Positions 7,919 to 15,676 of a stretch of DNA of 63,686 nucleotides are shown here, in pieces; the first letter of the stretch is position 1, and each line of letters starts with the position of its first letter. A program made the translations under genes and the position numbers. This stretch comes from Patescibacteria group bacterium (GTDB lineage: Bacteria > Patescibacteriota > Microgenomatia > UBA8517). The notes below the pieces were generated by a model. That model was given only the letters and a program-made list of their open reading frames with translations. It did no database searches and was not told the origin of the DNA. Location of the stretch: the NCBI GenBank assembly GCA_041499035.1, contig JBGQJK010000004.1, forward strand, positions 1-63,686. Direction: 5' to 3'.

Positions 7919-9628
7919 ATGAATAGATTTTTGAAAAAAAATTCTGCCAAAATACTGTATATTACGGTCCTCGTATTCACTTTTCTTTCCCACGCGTCTT
8001 ATCTAAATAGTGGATTTACCTGGCTTGATCATGGGGATATTGAAGCCGGGCGAACTATCATTCCTCTTTCGGACTATCCTATTATGTTAGTCACACGATT
8101 TGGAGAAACAGGATTCTACAGGCCCCTTGTTACATTTACCAATAGTTTAGATTATGCGCTTTATAAAACAAATGCCACAGGATACCATCTAACAAATACT
8201 TTGCTCCACACTGCAGTTACCGCCGTAGTACCTCTTTTTCTGTCTGTTTTTTTTACTTTTACCGCAGTAGAAATGCTTCTGGCAATGCTTATCGTTGGAG
8301 TTCACCCCCTCTCATGGTTGGAGGTCGGTGCAATTACGCACAGACAGGAACTTTTTTTGACACTCTTTACTCTTCTGACTGCCTACTTCCATAAAGAGGC
8401 AAGACTTCAAAGGCGGGAACTTTATAAGGTTCTTGCCGCAACTTGTTTTTTGCTGGCACTTTTTTCCAAAGAAACAGCTATTGTGATTGTCCCCGCAATC
8501 ATTATTTTTTGGGAGTTAATCCAGAAAAAAAATAAACTCAAAAGTATAAAGCAAAAATCCCAGTTGAGTCTCTATATCTCTGAAGTGATTGTATTTGGGA
8601 TATATATATTATTTCGCCAGCGAGCAGTACCAGAGCTTTGGAGAGCGTCAAGCCCTCCCCTTTCTTTCTCTGATGCAATAGGAACCCGCTTATCAGTTCT
8701 ATCTCGATTAGTAATAGATTTTGTTAGTCCCGTGCGTCCACCCCTCAGTGACGCGATCCCGGTTGTAGGACTATTCACGCCTATTCCAATGTTAATCTTT
8801 ATAGCATTGGTAATTCTTGTAGTACTTATTATTAAAAGGGGAATTAAATCCGAATTAGGGAGAGCAATCATTTTATGCTTAATTCTTTTGACGCCTGCAC
8901 TAAATATTATTCCTGTTCCACGAATTGGTTCTCCACATTATGGGTATTTACCACTTGTTGTTTTTAGTGCGCTCGTGATACTTATTGTTCGCTTCCTAAG
9001 AAAATCTTTTGATACCCACGGTATTTTCATCCTTGTAGTTGTTGGGTTCTGGATTCTTGTCATGGCTATGAGTACTTTTTGGGGCGGTTTTCATTTTAAA
9101 GATGACTACACACTGTTTCAGCCGGAAGTTCTCCACGACTCTCACTTTCTGGAAGGATATTATTATTTAGGTAACTACTACTTTAAAAAACAAAATCTGG
9201 AGGCTGCCGAGAAAGAGTATTTTCTAGCCTTAAAGTCTGACCCAAAAATACTGGCTTACCAGGAAAAACGATCAATATTTATTAATTTAGCCAGTGTCTA
9301 TTTGCAAAATAATCAGCTTGATAAAGCAGATCAGATGCTCTCTAATGCGGAGGAGTTAAAGGGAACGGGAAATGACCTTACCCTTTTTCATAATCGAATG
9401 ATACTTTCATATAAAAAACAAGATTATAAGGCTGTATTTCAACTTTCTCAGGATAATCAGGCCTTTCCCTACAGTCCAATTATATATATAATTTTGGCTG
9501 ATTCACTCCATCATCTCGGCCGTGATACAGAAGCGATAGCTCTTTTGAAAAATCTCCTCCCGCTTCTTAATCAAAGTGAGCAGGGCAAAATTCAATTACT
9601 CATAAAAAGTCTTTCTGTTAATAAATAA
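7919..9628 (+). CDS. polytopic GT-C-like (TMTC/PMT-like) membrane protein with C-terminal TPR repeats
   Basis: The N-terminal FTWLDHGDIEAGR...GFYRPLV...GYHLTNTLLH pattern is followed by ~10 TM helices. The C-terminal TPR-like segment reads YYYLGNYYFKKQNLEAAEKEYFLALKSDP. Confidence 0.5.
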   Translation: MNRFLKKNSAKILYITVLVFTFLSHASYLNSGFTWLDHGDIEAGRTIIPLSDYPIMLVTRFGETGFYRPLVTFTNSLDYALYKTNATGYHLTNTLLHTAVTAVVPLFLSVFFTFTAVEMLLAMLIVGVHPLSWLEVGAITHRQELFLTLFTLLTAYFHKEARLQRRELYKVLAATCFLLALFSKETAIVIVPAIIIFWELIQKKNKLKSIKQKSQLSLYISEVIVFGIYILFRQRAVPELWRASSPPLSFSDAIGTRLSVLSRLVIDFVSPVRPPLSDAIPVVGLFTPIPMLIFIALVILVVLIIKRGIKSELGRAIILCLILLTPALNIIPVPRIGSPHYGYLPLVVFSALVILIVRFLRKSFDTHGIFILVVVGFWILVMAMSTFWGGFHFKDDYTLFQPEVLHDSHFLEGYYYLGNYYFKKQNLEAAEKEYFLALKSDPKILAYQEKRSIFINLASVYLQNNQLDKADQMLSNAEELKGTGNDLTLFHNRMILSYKKQDYKAVFQLSQDNQAFPYSPIIYIILADSLHHLGRDTEAIALLKNLLPLLNQSEQGKIQLLIKSLSVNK

Positions 9629-9718
9629 CTACGGGTATTTGGACTGAGATAAATCGTAAGGTCAACTACTTGACAAGTCAATAAAAAATGGCGACTATTA
9701 ATGCTATAGTAGCGCTAT

Positions 9719-10303
9719 ATGTCTAAACGTATAATCATTGTCTTAGTTGCATTCTTAGGTCTCGGGCTATTACTATTTATTATTATAGTTCGGCAAAATA
9801 ATCTTAAGAACAACCAAGGATTACTTAGTAGATTAAGTACATCCAATAATCCAACCTACCCCCCTTCCACTCTTGCCCAAACAACCCTATGGCTAGAACC
9901 CAAACCTATAACTCCCGATGCAAATGGAAAAGTAACCATTAGCGTCTACATTAATGCAAACGAAAATCAAGTGACGGGAGTACAGCTTGAGATCGCCTAC
10001 GATCCAACTCTACTCCAATACGAGTCAATAAAAGGGAGTGATTTATTGGGAGGTAAACCGGTACTCATAAAAAAGATCGATCAAGGCAGAGGAAGAATTA
10101 CATTCGGAGTTGGGCTTGGGCCGGACCCGCAAAGTGCGCCCATCCAGGGTGCAGACGAAATTGCCACACTCGTCTTGAGACCTGTCTCAAAAACTGTTGG
10201 AAGCACAGAGGTCAAGCTGCTACCTGAATCAAACATTACTGCAATAGGAGTGAGCGGATCGGCGTTAACAGATACAAAAAATACAACTGTGAATTTAAAG
10301 TAA
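9719..10303 (+). CDS. membrane-anchored cohesin domain protein
   Basis: N-terminal TM helix, then GKVTISVYINANENQVTGVQLEIAYDPTLLQYESIKGSDLLGG...GRITFGV...ATLVLRPV, which fits a cohesin module pattern. Confidence 0.7.
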   Translation: MSKRIIIVLVAFLGLGLLLFIIIVRQNNLKNNQGLLSRLSTSNNPTYPPSTLAQTTLWLEPKPITPDANGKVTISVYINANENQVTGVQLEIAYDPTLLQYESIKGSDLLGGKPVLIKKIDQGRGRITFGVGLGPDPQSAPIQGADEIATLVLRPVSKTVGSTEVKLLPESNITAIGVSGSALTDTKNTTVNLK

Positions 10304-10310
10304 GACCACA

Positions 10311-11981
10311 ATGATTAAAAAAATCATCCAGAGGATAAGAGAATATCGCTTTATTGTTCTGCCGGTAGTGCTTATTGGGATGTTCGTCTATGTGTATACC
10401 TATCTCCACGGAACTCCATTTCAGTCTCACGCTCAAAGTACCGCAACAGTGACATTCGGAGCCGTCGGAGACATGGGCGGAAGTAGTAATGGTCAAGCTG
10501 TATTAAGCGCGGCCGCTGGAGCTAATCTTAACTTTTTCCTACACGTTGGAGATTTTAGTTATGACAGTCAGGGAGGCCCTTCTGGCTGGCCGACCTGGGT
10601 CAAAAGTATTGTTGGCACAATTCTTCCCTATGAGATAGTCGAGGGGAATCACGACAGTTGTTGTATTGCAACCTATGTACAAGGGCTCCCCCACAAAATA
10701 TCTAACTTAGGCCAACAGTTTAGTGGGTCCTACGGCATAGATTATTATTTTGACTATCCAACCACAAGTCCCCTGATGCGGGTTATTATGATTAGTCCTG
10801 GACTTTACGGCGTAGATACTAATTGGCTCAATACTTCCATAGACTCAGCCAAAGCAGCGGGGTTGTGGGTAATAGTAGGCAATCATCTCAATTCCATTAG
10901 CACTGGACAGAAAAGCAATGAGATAGGAACCACCCTCGACACATTGCTAACTAAAAAAGTTGACCTAATTTTACAGGGACATGATCATAATTATCAAAGG
11001 AGTAAACAGCTTACTTGCGCGCCCAGGAGTACCGTACAGACGAGCTGCATTGTAAATAATGGACCTAACTATACCAAAGGAGTAGGATCGGTCTTACTTA
11101 TTGATGGAACGGGAGGAAATGGCTTCTATGGAGTAAGCGCATCTGATTCAGAAGCAGGCTATTTTGCTGCGATTAACAGTAATACATATGGGTATACAAA
11201 GTTTACCGTCACACAAACACAGCTATCTGCTCAATTTATCCGTGCTGCAGGGGGGACGTTTTCTGATAGTTTTACTATCAGCTCAGGCGGCGGTCCAAAC
11301 CCAACACCCGTCGTTACTCCGACTCCAACCCCCAATCCTACCGGCACACCCCGCCCGGGTTCTACACCGACACCCACACCAATTAAAACCGCTACTCCTG
11401 CACCGACTAGAACACCTACCCCAACACCGGCACCAACAAATTGTGTAGCGGTATCGAATAGTCTGGGTGTTGCAACGTTCACTGCTACAGCAGCAACCAC
11501 CGGAAGCTATCGTGTCTGGTCCAGAATTATGGCGAGTAGTAATTCTTCAAACTCGTACTATATCCAAGTTGATAATGGCTGCCCGACACTTGTCGGAGGC
11601 GCGGTGATTCCCTTAAACACCTGGACCTGGGTAAACTATCAGAACGGCAGCACGAGTCAGACGATAAGCTTTAACCTTGCCGCTGGGGCTCACACGGTAA
11701 AACTAATCGGGAAATCGGCAAACACAAAAATCGACCGGCTTATTATTACTAATAACACAAGTTGTATTCCAACAGGAACCGGGGACAACTGCGCAACTGC
11801 CGGCACGGCAAATCCGGCAGCTGATGTCAATAGCGACGGCAGAGTTAATATTGTGGACATCGGCATAATTATAGACAACTATGGCAAAAGTCCTCCTCCC
11901 AACCTGAGGGCCGACGTAAATGGCGATGGAACTGTGAATATAGTTGACATTGGCATCGTAATAGATAATTATGGACTGTAG
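10311..11981 (+). CDS. secreted metallophosphoesterase - PT linker - CBM-like domain - type I dockerin
   Basis: Motifs GAVGDMG, HVGDFSY, EGNHDS and GHDHNYQRS, then a PT linker. A beta-rich module follows (SYRVWSRIMA...WTWVNY...AGAHTVKL...IDRLII). The protein ends in duplicated DVNSDGRVNIVDIGIIIDNYG / DVNGDGTVNIVDIGIVIDNYG dockerin repeats. Confidence 0.8.
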   Translation: MIKKIIQRIREYRFIVLPVVLIGMFVYVYTYLHGTPFQSHAQSTATVTFGAVGDMGGSSNGQAVLSAAAGANLNFFLHVGDFSYDSQGGPSGWPTWVKSIVGTILPYEIVEGNHDSCCIATYVQGLPHKISNLGQQFSGSYGIDYYFDYPTTSPLMRVIMISPGLYGVDTNWLNTSIDSAKAAGLWVIVGNHLNSISTGQKSNEIGTTLDTLLTKKVDLILQGHDHNYQRSKQLTCAPRSTVQTSCIVNNGPNYTKGVGSVLLIDGTGGNGFYGVSASDSEAGYFAAINSNTYGYTKFTVTQTQLSAQFIRAAGGTFSDSFTISSGGGPNPTPVVTPTPTPNPTGTPRPGSTPTPTPIKTATPAPTRTPTPTPAPTNCVAVSNSLGVATFTATAATTGSYRVWSRIMASSNSSNSYYIQVDNGCPTLVGGAVIPLNTWTWVNYQNGSTSQTISFNLAAGAHTVKLIGKSANTKIDRLIITNNTSCIPTGTGDNCATAGTANPAADVNSDGRVNIVDIGIIIDNYGKSPPPNLRADVNGDGTVNIVDIGIVIDNYGL

Positions 11982-12010
11982 AGTAAATATTTATTATAAT
12001 TTATTAACTG

Positions 12011-12487
12011 ATGAATAATCTGCCTAAAAACAAGCTAGTGCTGATGATCGCAGGCCTCTTAGTCTTGTTGCTAATAGGGTTTGTGGTATTTTACTTGGCA
12101 ACGCCTCAAAGTCTTTATTGGTCTGCCAAAGAAGTCGGAACGGATGAGGTTGATGTCTATCTTCAGGGACCGGAAGCTCCCAAAGTATCGGGTTTTGACT
12201 TAAAAATTGCATTTGATAGAAGTAATGTCCATGTAGACTCAGCCGAGGCTGGCAGCTTTTTTGCAAGTCCCATTACTGTAAAATTCGACAGCAATAGCCT
12301 TTCTTATTCATTAATAACAAATCCGGTAAATAAAACCGTTTCTGACCCCACAAAACCGGTTATGAAATTCCGCTTGACCCCAAGCCCATTAACCGGTTAC
12401 AAGTTTTCCGTTCTACCCGCAAGCCAAGTCTATGTCAGCGGGTCGGGAGGAGCTTTCCCGAAAGCATCTGATTTAATTTTAAAATAA
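12011..12487 (+). CDS. membrane-anchored cohesin-like protein
   Basis: N-terminal TM helix, then VDVYLQGPEAPKVSGFDLKIAFDRSNVHVDSAEAGSFF...MKFRLTP. The cohesin-like pattern is weaker than in its neighbours. Confidence 0.45.
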   Translation: MNNLPKNKLVLMIAGLLVLLLIGFVVFYLATPQSLYWSAKEVGTDEVDVYLQGPEAPKVSGFDLKIAFDRSNVHVDSAEAGSFFASPITVKFDSNSLSYSLITNPVNKTVSDPTKPVMKFRLTPSPLTGYKFSVLPASQVYVSGSGGAFPKASDLILK

Positions 12488-12491
12488 AACA

Positions 12492-13304
12492 ATGTCCAAA
12501 GGAAAGATAATAGGAATTACGATAGGGTCTTTATTTTTGGTTGCCGGTATCGCCGTGGGAGTATTTTTAGCCCTCAGACAACAGCAACTTAATAGTAGTG
12601 CTGCTCCGGCCACCTCGATGCTAATCACACCCGCTTCACAGAACAAGAATGCAGGCGATACCTTCTCCTACACAGTTCAGATGGATACGGGAACAAATAA
12701 CTCGATTGGTTTTGATCTGGTACTCGACTTTAACCCTCAAATCTTTCAAGTCACAAGTATTACTCAAGGGCCGGCAATTACAGGTTTTCAGGAAATCAGA
12801 AATAGTATAGATAATGCAACCGGAAAGATTTACTATAGTGTTTATAATGCTGATGCTACAAAGGCAGTACACGGATCAGGGCTTAGTATATTAACAGTTT
12901 CGGGGATGGTTAAGGCAGGCTCCCCCGCCGGTAGTTATAGTTTTACATTTGATTCAAGTAGCGCGGTGGCAGGGCTAACTGAAGGCCAAAACGTTCTTAT
13001 TTTGACAGCTCCGGGGTCGGTTGTAGTTGGCACAGGTGGCGCATCAGCTGCCACACCCACAGCAACTCCTGGACACACGGCCACGCCAACACCGACATCA
13101 GCCGGAAGCAGCTCAACGGCCACTCCGACTGCCACACCGATAGCCACAGCTACCGCAACAAGTTCTGATACAAGTTCCCCCAGTGCCACTCCAACTCCGA
13201 CATCCATGCCCATTCCTGTTACAGGTTTTGATTTTCCGACAATGATTATGGGCGTGGTCGGGCTCGGAGCAATAGTCCTCAGTATTATCGCCATGGCACT
13301 ATAA
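12492..13304 (+). CDS. cohesin domain protein with N-terminal TM, Ser/Thr/Pro linker and C-terminal IPVTG + hydrophobic tail
   Basis: AGDTFSYTVQMDTGTNNSIGFDLVLDFNPQIFQVTSITQG...GKIYYSV...LTVSGMVKAG fits a cohesin pattern. It is followed by a TATP-rich linker and the C-terminus PIPVTGFDFPTMIMGVVGLGAIVLSIIAMAL. Confidence 0.7.
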   Translation: MSKGKIIGITIGSLFLVAGIAVGVFLALRQQQLNSSAAPATSMLITPASQNKNAGDTFSYTVQMDTGTNNSIGFDLVLDFNPQIFQVTSITQGPAITGFQEIRNSIDNATGKIYYSVYNADATKAVHGSGLSILTVSGMVKAGSPAGSYSFTFDSSSAVAGLTEGQNVLILTAPGSVVVGTGGASAATPTATPGHTATPTPTSAGSSSTATPTATPIATATATSSDTSSPSATPTPTSMPIPVTGFDFPTMIMGVVGLGAIVLSIIAMAL

Positions 13305-13307
13305 CCA

Positions 13308-13838
13308 ATGGAAGCTCCTGAAAAGAAGACTCAAGAAACTAACAGAAATCCTACCTCTTTTATTTCCAAACAGAAATTATTTGTTGCAATCGCGATTGTG
13401 GCAGTAGTCCTAACTGCCGGCTTTGTTTACTCACAGTTTATACCGCAGGGCGGTAGCAATATAAAACTTGCTCAGGGTTTTCCGGTTATTCCTATATACC
13501 CCGGCGCGACACTTTCTAAATCGGCATCCGACCCGCACGAAGGGGTTATGTATATCGGTGTTAAATATAGCGCAACCTGGACCAGTAAAGCCCAAGTACC
13601 TGATATTTCAAAATGGTATCTTGAAAAACTTAAAGCCTCCGGATGGACTGTAGATACTCTGCCGGCAAACTCGGAAGCTAGCGATGTACAACTGATTACA
13701 CTCTATAATAAAACCTATAACTTAAATATGTCATTCACGAGAGATCAAAACACCGGTCTTACAACTATCACATCTGAATTTTCCACAAATTATAAAGATT
13801 TTTGCAATAACATGTATGGAAAACCTTGTTCGGATTAA
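13308..13838 (+). CDS. hypothetical N-terminally anchored protein (paralog of 15142-15651)
   Basis: Contains GFPVIPIYPGATLSKSASDPHEG..GVKYSATWTSKAQVPDISKWYLEKLKASGWTVD. It aligns along its full length with 15142-15651. Confidence 0.55.
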   Translation: MEAPEKKTQETNRNPTSFISKQKLFVAIAIVAVVLTAGFVYSQFIPQGGSNIKLAQGFPVIPIYPGATLSKSASDPHEGVMYIGVKYSATWTSKAQVPDISKWYLEKLKASGWTVDTLPANSEASDVQLITLYNKTYNLNMSFTRDQNTGLTTITSEFSTNYKDFCNNMYGKPCSD

Positions 13839-15048
13839 AAAAACAGTCTATTTGTTTTTGATATTAATTGGCTTATTTGTGTTTTCGCTTGTTAATCCTT
13901 CAAAAACACTTGCCGGCTTTAGATTTGTAACGTGGGGGGACAGCCGCGACAGCCCAAGTATTTTGGGGCAAGAGTCAACCCAAGTAAAAACGTTAAGCCC
14001 CCAGCCGGTGTTTACTCTTTTTAATGGGGACTTGTGCGGCAGTTGGAGTACCAGCTGTATGCAAGCTTGGGTCGGTTATATAAACGGTAGCTCGAATAAC
14101 GGAATTGGGAATATTACATTCCCAGTGCGCGGGAATCACGATTCGGGAAGCGGTACAGCCTGGTCAACGTTTTTCAACCAAAGCACAACTGCAACAAGAG
14201 TTGGGGCGACTAATTACAGTGCTCTCACTCCGGATATGACCTACTCTTTTGACTACCAAAACGCTCATTTTGTGGGTCTTGACCTTCCCGGCGGTGACGT
14301 ATCCAGTATGAGTAGCGCTGAAATCACTTGGTTGGATAATGATCTTAAAGCGGCGGAGGCGAGGGGGATTCAGCTTGAGTTTTTATTCTGGCATGGCCCA
14401 TTATATTATGTTGACGACCATTCTTCTTCTGCGCCGGGAGGATTAGTTACAGTCCTAAATAATCATCCTAATGTTGTAGCTGGTTACTACGGGCATGAGC
14501 ATGTTCTTGCCCATGTAACGGTGGACAGTAGCCGTTATCCAGCAATGACAAATCACGCAATTGAAGAGTTCGTAGACGGTACTGCCGGTGCGCCTCATTA
14601 TAGTTGCGCTTCAGGGAGAAGCGATTTTTGTCAGGCGGTGGATGCTTTTGCGGTTACCGACGTACTTAGCGATACCCAGTTTACCGTATCTCTTTATAAA
14701 CTGGGCTCAGGCACCCCGATATACCAAAAAACATTTACAAAAGGGGTAGTAACCCCTCCTGGAAGTGGAACCCCATCACCTACCGGGGCCGCTACGCCAA
14801 CACCAAGATCCTCACCCACTCCGACTCCCGGACCCCGTACCCCTACCCCAATCCCTACGCCTACTATTAATCCCCAAGTAGTTGACGTTAATAGCGACAG
14901 AACCATAAACATTGTTGATATCGGTATAATTATCGACAACTACGCTCAGCGCCCACCTGCTAACACCCGAGCTGACATTAATCACGACGGGGTAGCAAAT
15001 ATTATTGACATCGGTCTTATAATTGACCACTACGGCCAAACTTACTAA
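13816..15048 (+). CDS. secreted metallophosphoesterase - PT linker - type I dockerin
   Basis: Signal peptide, then WGDSRD, NGDLCG, RGNHDS and GHEHVLAH motifs and a PT linker. It ends in duplicated DVNSDRTINIVDIGIIIDNYA / DINHDGVANIIDIGLIIDHYG. Confidence 0.8.
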   Translation: MENLVRIKKTVYLFLILIGLFVFSLVNPSKTLAGFRFVTWGDSRDSPSILGQESTQVKTLSPQPVFTLFNGDLCGSWSTSCMQAWVGYINGSSNNGIGNITFPVRGNHDSGSGTAWSTFFNQSTTATRVGATNYSALTPDMTYSFDYQNAHFVGLDLPGGDVSSMSSAEITWLDNDLKAAEARGIQLEFLFWHGPLYYVDDHSSSAPGGLVTVLNNHPNVVAGYYGHEHVLAHVTVDSSRYPAMTNHAIEEFVDGTAGAPHYSCASGRSDFCQAVDAFAVTDVLSDTQFTVSLYKLGSGTPIYQKTFTKGVVTPPGSGTPSPTGAATPTPRSSPTPTPGPRTPTPIPTPTINPQVVDVNSDRTINIVDIGIIIDNYAQRPPANTRADINHDGVANIIDIGLIIDHYGQTY

Positions 15049-15096
15049 TCGAACCTTCACAAGTACTCCGGAATTCAAGAAAATAAATATCTACTA

Positions 15097-15125
15097 TTGA
15101 ACCTGTAAAACCGCAGTGTTATATT
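15097..15125 (+). promoter_or_regulatory. sigma70-like promoter for 15142-15651
   Basis: TTGAAC (15097-15102), a 17-nt spacer, then TATATT (15120-15125), 16 nt upstream of the ATG. Confidence 0.45.
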
Positions 15126-15141
15126 TTAAACAGTTGCCTAT

Positions 15142-15651
15142 ATGCGATATCTTGAAGAGTTTACCCAGATATCTTTTAAAAAATCAGCCTTCGTAATTAA
15201 AAACAAAGTACTCCTTGCTTTTCTGATATTGGGACTCATTATAACTTTCGGGCTTACATTCTTAAAATTTAACGGTGCATTAAATGCGAGTGCTCAACTT
15301 TTGAAAGAGTTCCCGAAAATTCCGGTATTTCCTAACGCAAGGCTTACAGGAACTGCAACGGACCCACATGAAGCTGAAAAGTACAACGGTATCAAATATA
15401 GTGCAACCTGGAGTGTTAAGGACAAAGTTCCCAATGTCTCAAAATGGTACGTATTAAAACTAAATTCGGAAGGTTGGACTATAGATACACGGTCGGCAAA
15501 CCTGGATGCTTACGATATACAACTTATTACGTTTCATAACGACACATATACTTTAAACCTGTCAGTTATGAGAGATGCTGCAAGAAATCTTACAAGCGTT
15601 GTCACTGAAATCTCAACCAGATATTCCGATACACGGGAGCCGGGCGAGTAA
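15142..15651 (+). CDS. hypothetical N-terminally anchored protein (paralog of 13308-13838)
   Basis: Contains EFPKIPVFPNARLTGTATDPHEAEKYNGIKYSATWSVKDKVPNVSKWYVLKLNSEGWTID. Confidence 0.55.
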   Translation: MRYLEEFTQISFKKSAFVIKNKVLLAFLILGLIITFGLTFLKFNGALNASAQLLKEFPKIPVFPNARLTGTATDPHEAEKYNGIKYSATWSVKDKVPNVSKWYVLKLNSEGWTIDTRSANLDAYDIQLITFHNDTYTLNLSVMRDAARNLTSVVTEISTRYSDTREPGE

Positions 15652-15676
15652 GCAGAGTAATCTGATATAATTTGTC

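Noticed and set aside
6751-7980. Longest-ORF starts that overlap divergent neighbours (6751-7980, 28661-29200, 49636-50742, 53467-55146, 62032-62646, 37124-37723).
   Set aside because: The extensions begin at non-ATG codons or add non-conserved residues that overlap the neighbouring gene. Internal ATGs (7884, 28736, 49672, 55101, 62047, 37720) match the family N-termini and promoter/SD context.
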